Shown here piece by piece: positions 53,975 to 63,594 of a DNA stretch of 64,000 nt. The translations under genes were made by a program, and so were the position numbers. The notes beneath the pieces were generated by a model, which searched no databases, had not been told where the DNA came from, and saw only the letters and a program-made list of their open reading frames with translations. The DNA is taken from IMG/VR virus record IMGVR_UViG_3300022555_000043, positions 1-64,000 of that record. One strand, given 5' to 3'. The DNA is from a virus. Taxonomy: Duplodnaviria > Caudoviricetes. Every line of letters starts with the position of its first letter. Position 1 is the first letter of the stretch.

Positions 53975-56900
53975 GTTACATACCCCCGCACTTTCCGCTT
54001 TTGCAGATTCTTATGTATGGTATCAGCCAAATCATTCTCAGAAGTCACACTACCGTACACGTTAATGATGATCGGTTGCGCAGTACCTCCTGTAGCCCCA
54101 TTACCACTCATGACCAAATCTCCGCTTCTCAACGAATCTGCAAATGTCTTAGGAACAACAATCTCTCCCTTATGGAGATTAGCTGGCATATCTGAAGGTA
54201 TGTTTCCAGCACCGATAGCAAGTCCAGGGCTGCCCTCCCCCCAACCCCCAGGACTCTCAAAACCCGTATAAGGAGTAGCCTCCGAAGTAGGAGGTGCCGT
54301 GGGCGTCGCAGTGCCCATTGCCGACAAAATACTGTCTATCTGACCCTGTATATTCTGCAAAGCTAATGTGGCCGCAGAATCATTCATCACCAATCCGAAC
54401 GAAGTAAGTATAGCTTGCTTCTGTGCATCAGTATAGGCTATCACAGCCCCCGTGGTCTTGTCAATGATGCCTTGAGTCAAGGAATCCTGCAAAGCCACCA
54501 ATGTTTGAATACGTGTAGCCAAGTCAGAAACACTTGTCAAAGCCTTGTCTGCTGCGGAAACCAACTTATCCTGCCCGGGAATCTGTGCGTTGGCTTCCTT
54601 AACCTTCGCCGCATATTCCGTAGCATTGATCAACCCCGCCTCATACATATCCTTGTATGTGGTCAGTTGCTTATCAACCTCTTCCTTTAATTTGGCATTG
54701 AGATATGCAATAGTGTCCGTCAGCGAACTCTGCCCCGTCGCCAATGTCTTAGCGTTTTCTGTAACCTGTTTCACAGTCTGCAGGTGATCAATGTATGCCA
54801 GATTCATGAACGGCAACAGATTGATAATCTTGAACAACCCATTGATCAGGTCTATGATGCCATTACCAACAGGAACAAACACAGAATCGTGTAACCAATT
54901 AAACACCACACCAATTAAGCGAATTGCAGGAAGTAACAAGGAACCCATTATTTGCCCCGTCTGAGTAAGGATATCCACTAACGGTTTCAAAGCGCCATTA
55001 AGCGCGGGGCCAACTACAGACATAACTCCCTGCAACATGGTACTCATGGGATTCATCAGCTTATTCACGTTGTCCACAGCAGCGATCAATCCTGCAAAAG
55101 AATTCACAGACGGGCCGATAGAAGCCAACAACCCTTGAAGAGTGGACACCCCCCCACCACCTTCAGCTTTACTTGCCGTAGCTGCGGCAAAACGACCTAC
55201 TTCAGTACCCTTCATAGCATACTTGGCGACATCAGCAAAAGTTCCCAACTGAGCATCTGCCGCAGCAACACCCGCCCCGAAACTTTGCAAACTAGCCGAA
55301 GTCTGAGTCTGTACACTTACCTGAGTTTGTAATTGCTGAGTGTATTCCTGAATGGCCCCGGTCAAAACATCACTATACTTAAGTAATGCCGACTCGCCAT
55401 AGGATTGGGTAGAACCGTTGGATGGAAGTCCCGCATTGAAACTTGCTTGCGCTGACGGTTCCCAAGCAGCCCCTTCACCATATCCACGCATATTCTTTAG
55501 AACATGGTTTGGAACAACCGTTTCCCCACCTTGCATGTACACAAGTTCCGGGCCTTTTTCACCAACCAGAGCAACACCTTTCTTCGCACCTTGTGTTCCA
55601 GAAACGTAACCACCAATTTGTGCATACTTTTCCAAAACTTGCCCAACATAGGAAGCAGGATTTGTAACATACGCATCCAAGGCAAGACCAGCAACACCCA
55701 ATTTACTTCTGGCCGTCAATAAAGCTTCCAACGTCCCGGGAACCGAAGCCTCCATTCTGGCGAACATGGGAGCCTTGTCCTTATATTGCTTCGCAAATTT
55801 TGCATATATTGGGGACGATATGACATTGTTAAGAGGTTGAGTTTGCGCCGAAACGAACGTGCTTCCGAAAATACTGTCCAACAATCCCTGCGGTTTCTGT
55901 AAAGCCTTCACTGCCCCAAGTAAAGCACCCTTTGACCAATTACCAACTGTGGACAAAAGACCAATACCCCACTGCACGGGTTTCGTGAACATAGCCAATT
56001 TGGTGCCCAAATGTCCCGCAATATCATACGTGTTCAGCCGACCCAAAAGCGCCGCCACATCATTTTCTGTGGAAGCGTTCTTCAAGAAATTGATGATGTC
56101 GGAATTAGAAAGAGCCGAGGCACCTACCGTACCATCTTCATATCCCTGAATATGCTTCAGAGCATAATTGGGAATGACTGTCTCCCCCCCGCGCATGTAT
56201 ACAAGTTCTGGGCCTTTCTCTCCTACAAGTGCAACACCCTTCTTAGCCCCCTGTGTTCCTGAAGCATACCCGGACATACCTAATGCCGTAGCAGCCTTCA
56301 GAGTCAGCTTGCTCCAATAAGCCTCGTTCCCCGATCCTTCAAGGAACTGTTTCGCCTTGGTCAACGCTATCTGGTCTTGCAAATTTTTCCGTTCCAAATC
56401 ACCAGTCTTCACAGCCCAGTTATATTGTTGCTGGGCACCCGCCGACTGCTCATTGTTCAGGTCTATGGCAACTTGTATCTGTGCAAGCTTGGCATTCAAC
56501 TCCAAATCAAACAACGCCAGCTTGTTCTCTTCAATCGCGTATTCATCTTGACTCAATACCAACTTGGCGTATTCCAATGCATAGGTCTTTAAAGCAGCCA
56601 GATTTTCACGTTTCACCGTATCATTGATTTTTGCTATGTTGAAATTATATATCTGTTCCAACAACTTCTTGTAGGCATCTATCTGCTCTTTAGTAAGAGG
56701 CGCTCCAAACAAAGCCTTGCCCATGTCTTTTTCTATTGCGTCTATAGTTGTCTTGTATTCGGCAGTGAGTTTTTGCAATTCAGAAGGATTGAATCCAAGC
56801 AAGGAATTTGTAGTAATCTGATCCTGCAATTTCAGCATAGCATCTTGATACTTCTCAATAGCCTTAGTTAAATCGGCAAGCGCTTGTTTTTCCTTATCAA

Positions 56901-59445
56901 TCCGGGCTAATTCAGTAACAATCGCCTTTAGGCGATCCACCAACACATCATAGGCACCCGTGTCTCTCGGGCTTATATCCTTATCTAACATCTCATTATA
57001 CAACCCAATCTCTTTGTCCATTTCCTTTTCCAATGCTTGACGATTCGAATCATCAGTCCATTTTTGCCCAATAGCAGTCGCAAGCTTTTTATCGGACACC
57101 ATCTTCTTCTCGAAACTATCAATATACAGTCGGGCAGCATCCTTGCCCATGACATCGTATCCAGAAATATACTGATAAGGAACCATTATACCACTTGCAT
57201 TACGATACTGAGCTTCTTTATAAAGAGCCGTGCTAAACGCTGCGGCGTCCAATCCAGCATACTCAGTGAAAATATTCATCAAGTCGGTAGGGGACGCATT
57301 AGGAACCTTTACCCCTTCTGCCTTGGTTCTAGCCGCATACATATCCATATACTCTTGAGCCTTCCTAAGAGTACCAGTAAGTTTAGCGGAGAATGTCTTC
57401 GAATCTTCCAACATAGTCAAAACAGCGTCAGCTTCCAGATCGTACTTCTTAGCCACCGACTGCACAAAACTCATATACACCGCTGTTGTTTGCATTCCGA
57501 CATCTTGCATTTTGGCAGTTGCCTTACCTTGCAAAACATCCTCAATACTGACGCCACTATATTTGAAAGTCTTCTCCGCTTCCTTAACTACTGTACCTTG
57601 GGCCACGGCACGATCAGTTTTAATCAACTCCATCTTCTTTCGGTTTGCTTCATCAAATCCCTTGATTATCACAGGTACCAACGCCACAATTGCAGTAAGC
57701 GCCAACAACAAAGGATTAGACGCAATAGAAACAAACAAAGCTTTCAAGGATGTCGCTAAAGTAGCCGCAGAGAAAGTCGCCACTGTCATGGAAGTTCCAG
57801 CCAATAACGCCGCCTGAGATGCAGCCGCAAAAGTTGCCGCTAACACACCCACAGAGTTTTTCAACAAATTGAATATGGGAACCGCAATCTTATATGTCAA
57901 CATAATCGACAGAATAATCTGAAGCGGTATGCGCCACGCAATAAGGAATTGCGCAACCCCAATCAAAGCCTCAACCAACAACCCCAAATTCTGAGCCATA
58001 GACTGCACAAACTGTGCAAATGCAGGGGAGGAAACCATGAGGATCAATTCATCGACCACTCTCTTCACATTATCGAATACACGACCCAGCAATTCCCCAC
58101 CAAATTTCTGCATAATATCATTAAGCATGGACATCTTTCCTTCAAGGGTGCCCATCCACTTTTCGAGCATCCCATCAAAACGTCCACCAGAACTTGTCAT
58201 GTTAATGAATGCTTTTTCAACTTCGGCAAAACCAATTCGTCCGTCAGCAGCCAACTTCTGAATCTTGGTGCTGCTAACCCCCATCACCTTCGCCAATTCC
58301 TCATAAATAGGAATACCGCGCATACCGAACTGCATCAAGTCTCTGCTGTATGCGCGACCCTGAGAGCGCAGAGTACCATACACATAAGCCATATCCTGCA
58401 TCGAAGAACCAACAGCCTTTCCAACCGTACCCAGCAATTCCATGGTATCCACCAATTCACTGGCTTGGAAACCATAAGCCATCAATTGCTTGGAAGCTTC
58501 CGCAGTCTCTCGGAAAGTCAAAGGACTCTTAACAGCGAAATCATACATGTCCTGCATGAGATTCTTAGCACCAGTGGCACTATTCATCATGACTGTAAAT
58601 GCCGTAGTGCTTTCTTCCACGAATTTATTGAATCCCATACCCGTTTCAACAATATTCCGTATCATAGACACAACAGCGAACAAACCCAAATATTGGCGAA
58701 CAATGAATCCTAACTGCGCCCCCAAATTGGTATAATGCTGGAACATGCGTGAAGCATTGGACTGCTCCAATTCAGAGGAGCGACGGGTGACTTCTTCCGC
58801 TTGTTTTTTTGCAGCGTTTACCTTCGCTTCTGCATTGATACGTGTACGGGCGGTTTTCTCTGTTTCTTCCGCATAGAGTAATTCAGCTAACCGCATCTTC
58901 TCAGCGTTAGTGGTGCCTTGGGCATTCATCAAGTTTTGAATGACTGCTGTTCTTGCCAAGGCTGCCTGTTTTTCGTTTTCCGATATCAAGAACATAGCTG
59001 TCCACTTGGTTTCTTGCATGGACTTGGCATTCTCAGCGCTAATGACAGAAGCAATAGCTTGGGATTCCATAGCCATCGCTTTCTGTACTTCTGCGGTGTA
59101 TTTCTGAAGAACATCACTGTGGCGTAACTGCGCCAGAGACAGTTTATTTGTGGACTCTACATTACGAGCGTTTTGCAGGGCAAGTTTAGCTTCGCTCAAC
59201 TGCACCTGATCCACTGTCTTAGCATGGGAAGCCATCACAGCTTGGGCACTATTGAAACTAGCGGCCATCTTGTCGAGAGCCGGGGCAATATTGCCTATAA
59301 TCGCTTGAACCTTATCCGTCTGTCCTGCGAGGGTACTGATGAACTTATTGGTAGCAGATTGGCATTCCTGAATACCTTTAAGATAAGCGGCATTGTCGGC
59401 TATAAATCGTACAATTACTTGTTCAGCAACAGACTCACCAGCCAT
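53971..59445 (-). CDS. Tape measure protein (1824 aa)
   Basis: Tape_meas domain (A.KSPLT, QLMAYG, GIPIY.ELAK, G.LEGKMS.L.D); Ala-rich helical; follows chaperones. Confidence 0.93.
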   Translation of the reverse strand: MAGESVAEQVIVRFIADNAAYLKGIQECQSATNKFISTLAGQTDKVQAIIGNIAPALDKMAASFNSAQAVMASHAKTVDQVQLSEAKLALQNARNVESTNKLSLAQLRHSDVLQKYTAEVQKAMAMESQAIASVISAENAKSMQETKWTAMFLISENEKQAALARTAVIQNLMNAQGTTNAEKMRLAELLYAEETEKTARTRINAEAKVNAAKKQAEEVTRRSSELEQSNASRMFQHYTNLGAQLGFIVRQYLGLFAVVSMIRNIVETGMGFNKFVEESTTAFTVMMNSATGAKNLMQDMYDFAVKSPLTFRETAEASKQLMAYGFQASELVDTMELLGTVGKAVGSSMQDMAYVYGTLRSQGRAYSRDLMQFGMRGIPIYEELAKVMGVSSTKIQKLAADGRIGFAEVEKAFINMTSSGGRFDGMLEKWMGTLEGKMSMLNDIMQKFGGELLGRVFDNVKRVVDELILMVSSPAFAQFVQSMAQNLGLLVEALIGVAQFLIAWRIPLQIILSIMLTYKIAVPIFNLLKNSVGVLAATFAAASQAALLAGTSMTVATFSAATLATSLKALFVSIASNPLLLALTAIVALVPVIIKGFDEANRKKMELIKTDRAVAQGTVVKEAEKTFKYSGVSIEDVLQGKATAKMQDVGMQTTAVYMSFVQSVAKKYDLEADAVLTMLEDSKTFSAKLTGTLRKAQEYMDMYAARTKAEGVKVPNASPTDLMNIFTEYAGLDAAAFSTALYKEAQYRNASGIMVPYQYISGYDVMGKDAARLYIDSFEKKMVSDKKLATAIGQKWTDDSNRQALEKEMDKEIGLYNEMLDKDISPRDTGAYDVLVDRLKAIVTELARIDKEKQALADLTKAIEKYQDAMLKLQDQITTNSLLGFNPSELQKLTAEYKTTIDAIEKDMGKALFGAPLTKEQIDAYKKLLEQIYNFNIAKINDTVKRENLAALKTYALEYAKLVLSQDEYAIEENKLALFDLELNAKLAQIQVAIDLNNEQSAGAQQQYNWAVKTGDLERKNLQDQIALTKAKQFLEGSGNEAYWSKLTLKAATALGMSGYASGTQGAKKGVALVGEKGPELVYMRGGETVIPNYALKHIQGYEDGTVGASALSNSDIINFLKNASTENDVAALLGRLNTYDIAGHLGTKLAMFTKPVQWGIGLLSTVGNWSKGALLGAVKALQKPQGLLDSIFGSTFVSAQTQPLNNVISSPIYAKFAKQYKDKAPMFARMEASVPGTLEALLTARSKLGVAGLALDAYVTNPASYVGQVLEKYAQIGGYVSGTQGAKKGVALVGEKGPELVYMQGGETVVPNHVLKNMRGYGEGAAWEPSAQASFNAGLPSNGSTQSYGESALLKYSDVLTGAIQEYTQQLQTQVSVQTQTSASLQSFGAGVAAADAQLGTFADVAKYAMKGTEVGRFAAATASKAEGGGGVSTLQGLLASIGPSVNSFAGLIAAVDNVNKLMNPMSTMLQGVMSVVGPALNGALKPLVDILTQTGQIMGSLLLPAIRLIGVVFNWLHDSVFVPVGNGIIDLINGLFKIINLLPFMNLAYIDHLQTVKQVTENAKTLATGQSSLTDTIAYLNAKLKEEVDKQLTTYKDMYEAGLINATEYAAKVKEANAQIPGQDKLVSAADKALTSVSDLATRIQTLVALQDSLTQGIIDKTTGAVIAYTDAQKQAILTSFGLVMNDSAATLALQNIQGQIDSILSAMGTATPTAPPTSEATPYTGFESPGGWGEGSPGLAIGAGNIPSDMPANLHKGEIVVPKTFADSLRSGDLVMSGNGATGGTAQPIIINVYGSVTSENDLADTIHKNLQKRKVRGYVT

Positions 59446-59446
59446 A

Positions 59447-60210
59447 CTATGCCCCCTGTCTCAAATGTTCAAGCCCATTCCCTCCGGTACTCGGTTTAGG
59501 TTGTCCTGCAGTCGCATGTTCATTTTCGATTTCTCGTTGTTCCATTTCCAAAGCTGTGATTGCTTCCATACAACAGGCGTCTTCGGTAGCCCACCCATTG
59601 GAACCATGTGGCAAACCCCACAACTTCACTGTCTGGAACACATTCAGATAGTATATGAATATAGGATCATTCACGTAACCTTTGACCTGATCGCGGGTTA
59701 CGTGAACAATCTCTTCGTCCTTGCCTTCCCCGAATTTACGCGAATAAACAATGACGCCACCCTTCTCTTTTCGGTACTTATCCTTGTGCCTACCATCAGC
59801 TAAAAGACGATAGGCTATTCGGAGTTTTTTTCGTTCACCTTTGCATTCAGCAACCCTTGGAAGTAGGTGTAAATCTCGTCGATCAAACCATCGTACTCCG
59901 TAGGAGCCGAGAACAGGTCATCAACCGACTTGACCTTGATCACATGATCCTTCTGGTCGTCCAGCTGGTAACCTATATTGATGAGGCCGGAATCCAGAAT
60001 GAAAGCACTCAACATCGCTTTGCGATCCACAGACATAGTTCCCGTAACATGACCATCAGCCCCGTAGGAGAACGTGCGAGGATACAGCTTTTCCTTGATT
60101 TCAATCGTAGCGGCCTTGTGCAGAATCTTGATCTGTTCAGCCGCAGGGGCCTTGTCGTTTCCGTTGAACTTGGGAATGAATTCCCTCTTCGTAGCAATCG
60201 TCAATACCAT
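59447..60210 (-). CDS. Tail assembly chaperone G-T fusion via -1 frameshift
   Basis: Slippery A AAA AAC at ~59823-59831; -1 frame open (LRIAYRLLADGR...NDPIFIYYL) to stop at 59447. Confidence 0.85.
59815..60210 (-). CDS. Tail assembly chaperone (gpG-like)
   Basis: Between major tail and tape measure genes; AAGGAG RBS. Confidence 0.8.
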   Translation of the reverse strand: MVLTIATKREFIPKFNGNDKAPAAEQIKILHKAATIEIKEKLYPRTFSYGADGHVTGTMSVDRKAMLSAFILDSGLINIGYQLDDQKDHVIKVKSVDDLFSAPTEYDGLIDEIYTYFQGLLNAKVNEKNSE

Positions 60211-60240
60211 GATAATCTCCTTTATAAAAGATGAGATATA

Positions 60241-60272
60241 ACCGAACCCCCAGCAATCGTTGGGGGTTCGGT
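60241..60272 (-). terminator. Stem-loop after major tail gene
   Basis: ACCGAACCCCCAGC/GTTGGGGGTTCGGT 14-bp stem. Confidence 0.7.
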
Positions 60273-60282
60273 AAAATCAGGA

Positions 60283-60927
60283 TTAGGCGTTATCCTTGAA
60301 GTACACCATCGGATCGTTACCCACGAAGCGGACACCCGATTCGTAAGCCTGCGCATCACCGATAGCCGCACCAAGGTTGTAACCATACAGGTCGATCTGG
60401 CCGAACAGGAACACCTGAGTCTCGCCAGAAGTCGCGCTGTCATTCATGAAGAACTGCCCATAGAGAGCCGTTTCGGACAGAGCATTGAACGTGGGCACAT
60501 ACGCCGAAGTCATCGCTACCGTGCGCAGGAACCTATTCAGGAAGGAACCAGTCTTGCGCATTTCGCTGATCGTGTTGTTGCCCTTGATTGTACCCGTCAG
60601 ATCGATCTTGCCCTTGCGATACTTCTTCACGTTATCGCTCAAGGTCGTGACTTCAACTTCAGCACCGGAGAACTGGCAGTTGAATTCCGTGCAGTCGGAG
60701 ACGAGCGTGGCGGTGCCCAAGGCAGCGGAGTTAGTGGCACTGAAAGCCTGACCATTGCCGATAACCAAGTCACCAGCCGTATAACCAGCAGGGAAAACAG
60801 CCACACCAGAAACAGTGGCGATCTTGTACCAAGAACCGGAAACAGCATTACCCGTAACAAGGGCAGCGCCAAAAGCCATCGACCAAATACTTCCATCAGC
60901 ACCAATCAGTCTATCAACCACAGCCAT
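60283..60927 (-). CDS. Major tail (tube) protein
   Basis: EVEVTTLSD..K.Y..G..DLTGT tube motif; synteny; AGGAGG RBS. Confidence 0.8.
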   Translation of the reverse strand: MAVVDRLIGADGSIWSMAFGAALVTGNAVSGSWYKIATVSGVAVFPAGYTAGDLVIGNGQAFSATNSAALGTATLVSDCTEFNCQFSGAEVEVTTLSDNVKKYRKGKIDLTGTIKGNNTISEMRKTGSFLNRFLRTVAMTSAYVPTFNALSETALYGQFFMNDSATSGETQVFLFGQIDLYGYNLGAAIGDAQAYESGVRFVGNDPMVYFKDNA

Positions 60928-60948
60928 ATTAAGCCTCCTTACCTTCTA

Positions 60949-61347
60949 TCATATTGATTCTACAAAACGCATACTCGCGGTAAAACTGTACTTATGAATT
61001 CCGCCGACTCCATAAGACAAACCTACCGAACCGCACACAACATCCAAATCCGTCACATCGTACATTGATCCTCGCAAAAAGTCAAGTACGCGCAATGCTT
61101 TATCAGCTATCACCCTTCCTTGTTTCTTCTGATCTGGGCCTGCGTTTACTGTGATTTTTATCCTATTATTTTGCAACACTTTATGTTTCGCAATTTTATT
61201 TCTAACCCCGGGAAATATATCAATGACCACATACGGCATCTTGGCGGTTTGGGAAATTACCCCACCCAAATAAATCCCAGAAGCGGGGATTACCGCTATC
61301 AATCCAGAAGCTGTTTGCATGTAGTTCAACAAATCCCCGTCTAACAT
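60949..61347 (-). CDS. Tail terminator / completion protein (DUF3168-like)
   Basis: IY.G......MPYVVI; synteny. Confidence 0.7.
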   Translation of the reverse strand: MLDGDLLNYMQTASGLIAVIPASGIYLGGVISQTAKMPYVVIDIFPGVRNKIAKHKVLQNNRIKITVNAGPDQKKQGRVIADKALRVLDFLRGSMYDVTDLDVVCGSVGLSYGVGGIHKYSFTASMRFVESI

Positions 61348-61356
61348 ATCTGTCTC

Positions 61357-61947
61357 CTATATAGCCAATGACGCCCAGAAATTCTGTTCCTTCACCAATA
61401 ACACTGACAACCCCATTTTCTGAATCTCATCCACTGAAGTAAGGGCAAACGGTGCGGCCTCTGTTCCGTGTTCCCTGATCTTAGCCAACAATCTGGAAAA
61501 GCGCCACATATTTACAAAGTTTCCGTAACTATCCATCGCATCAGGATCAAAATTCAGAACAATCCTGCACCACTCTTTCAAATTCTCTATGAAGTATTCC
61601 GTCTTATAATCGGTAAGATGTGCCCCTGATCCCAGTTCCCTATAGACAGCATATTCCAGTGCCGATCCCATATCCACAATACCAGCCATAGGAGGGCTGG
61701 CTATTTCAGAAACATCTGCCCCGGATTCCCCGGAAATACTATCCATCGCGCCACGATCTTTGAATGTCGCCCACATAATGGAATTGGTCAAGTCACCACT
61801 GAAATCATGAGGCTCCGTTTTCTCCCGCATAATCCGCACACCACGACGACCTATCTCCCTCAATGCCGTATCAATATGTACGGAAATCATATCAGGAGTC
61901 AATTTAAGAAATCTTCCTGTTACCTTAACTTTTGCACCGACATTCAT
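61357..61947 (-). CDS. HK97 gp10-like tail completion protein
   Basis: G.LTNSI, EYAVYRELG.G, final APF motif; synteny. Confidence 0.7.
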   Translation of the reverse strand: MNVGAKVKVTGRFLKLTPDMISVHIDTALREIGRRGVRIMREKTEPHDFSGDLTNSIMWATFKDRGAMDSISGESGADVSEIASPPMAGIVDMGSALEYAVYRELGSGAHLTDYKTEYFIENLKEWCRIVLNFDPDAMDSYGNFVNMWRFSRLLAKIREHGTEAAPFALTSVDEIQKMGLSVLLVKEQNFWASLAI

Positions 61948-62639
61948 GATACCATCTCAAACTGTGTTCTTTCCAGAACAGCTTCAACATGGGGGAAATC
62001 GCCCTTGTACACTTCGGGCTGTCCCAAAATCTTTCTTTGAATCCCATCGACATCAACAACTGCGTCCCCACCGCGCAAAACCAATTTGTAATCAATAGGG
62101 CTATACAAACGGTCTGAAGCTGTACTGAAAGTCTGCTGATTCCTCAAAGAATCAAAAGAACTGACAGGTTCCACACGACCTGCGACATCCTGAATATATT
62201 TCCAAATTCCATCCATGTAACCATCATTTCTTTCTACATAGGATTTATCTCCAACATACACATACGAAACTAAACCAGAAACCCCCGTACTGAAGATGAT
62301 CCCTAAGCCAGTGTAAAACTTTGTACCCCTCAATGAATAGGAAATCGTGTTCAATCCAGAAACCGCCACGAAAGTTTCTAATGGACAATACACTCCCGTC
62401 TCATCTTCCGCACAAAGTATTAACGAAGAATCCCCTGAAAGGTTGATGCCTATTTCAATATTCGCATTACATTCTCTGAAGAAATCAGATTGGTATATGC
62501 CCCCACTTGTGGATATGCCTTCATATCCGACAGTCAATGACCATCCAGAATCCGTAGCCCATGTGTCTTCTAGATATATGTTTGTGGGAGGTGTGAAACG
62601 CCACAATGCCAAGGTTTCTTGCTGTTCTTCAAAAAGCAT
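61944..62639 (-). CDS. Head-closure protein with inserted ~115-aa beta module
   Basis: Position after adaptor; C-terminal W..IQDVAGRVEP..GD.V..DG...I..P..HVEAVL; insert similar to one in tail-tip protein. Confidence 0.65.
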   Translation of the reverse strand: MLFEEQQETLALWRFTPPTNIYLEDTWATDSGWSLTVGYEGISTSGGIYQSDFFRECNANIEIGINLSGDSSLILCAEDETGVYCPLETFVAVSGLNTISYSLRGTKFYTGLGIIFSTGVSGLVSYVYVGDKSYVERNDGYMDGIWKYIQDVAGRVEPVSSFDSLRNQQTFSTASDRLYSPIDYKLVLRGGDAVVDVDGIQRKILGQPEVYKGDFPHVEAVLERTQFEMVS

Positions 62640-62640
62640 A

Positions 62641-63006
62641 TCAACCACCTAAACATTGATCATAAATATCCAACGCAGAAACCGCAACGCCCGGGCGAGT
62701 GTGTATCAGATCATACAACTGTGCCCCATAGGAGGTTGTCTGCAATTCACTCTGCAGTTTGCCAAACCCACCAAAGGACTGACTCAATCGTCCTTCGACT
62801 TTCTGGGTCACAAATCCACTGGCACCACCACGCTTTGCATTCACAGTATACTGATGGGCAGCACGTAAGGCGATTGCCAGTGAATAATTGGCCCCGAAGT
62901 ACCCGGAAGAAGTTAGACTGGTAGCCAACTCAATATAGACTGAGTATCCAGAAGTTGCTACAAGAGAAGGGCATATCACAGCCAAAATTTCTTCCGGGGT
63001 ACTCAT
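62641..63006 (-). CDS. Head-tail adaptor (DUF4054-like)
   Basis: AIAL.AAH, G.V....EG.LS.SF, T.YG.Q...L. Confidence 0.8.
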   Translation of the reverse strand: MSTPEEILAVICPSLVATSGYSVYIELATSLTSSGYFGANYSLAIALRAAHQYTVNAKRGGASGFVTQKVEGRLSQSFGGFGKLQSELQTTSYGAQLYDLIHTRPGVAVSALDIYDQCLGG

Positions 63007-63007
63007 A

Positions 63008-63463
63008 TTACTTTACCGCCTTCGAAACCTTATCCAAGGTTCCAACCAACTGCATCTTGTGCTGATCAGCATTCCCCTTGTCTACGTCAACCAATTGCTT
63101 CATGATAGCAATCCGTATGTCTTGGCGCGTATCTTCTTCCAGCAACTTCTCAAGAGTGGGCACATGGAAGGTGTTCTTCACCAACTCCAAGGCTTTCGCA
63201 CGGTTAAGGTTCATCAAGGTGGCCGGAGCGTACCACGTTTTGTCATCCTGCTTGACCAGCGCAAAATCAATCTTTTGTTCAGGGGTGATCTTGTTCCATT
63301 CCTCAACGATCTTGCCGCTATCAATCTGCGCCAAAACAAGACTTCGTGCCTTGTTCCAGTTAGCATCTTCGATATAGGTGTACCCCGGAGCCAAAATTAC
63401 CATACCCATGCCATCGGTCTTGGCAATTACTTTGATCCTGTCTTCATTCCATCTTACTAACAT
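63008..63463 (-). CDS. Hypothetical virion-associated protein (151 aa)
   Basis: GGGGAGG RBS before ATG 63463; between capsid and adaptor genes. Confidence 0.7.
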   Translation of the reverse strand: MLVRWNEDRIKVIAKTDGMGMVILAPGYTYIEDANWNKARSLVLAQIDSGKIVEEWNKITPEQKIDFALVKQDDKTWYAPATLMNLNRAKALELVKNTFHVPTLEKLLEEDTRQDIRIAIMKQLVDVDKGNADQHKMQLVGTLDKVSKAVK

Positions 63464-63510
63464 ATGATCCTCCCCAAACAAAATTGCCATGCCCATACGG
63501 ACATACGCAT

Positions 63511-63555
63511 AAAATAAAACCCTATAAGGTATAACCACCGTTATGCCTTATAGGG
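63511..63555 (-). terminator. Terminator after major capsid gene
   Basis: CCCTATAAGG.ATAAC/GTTAT.CCTTATAGGG stem followed by TTTTATTTT on minus strand. Confidence 0.75.
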
Positions 63556-63594
63556 TATACTTTTCAAAATAGCCTACAGTTCACATACTGCCTG

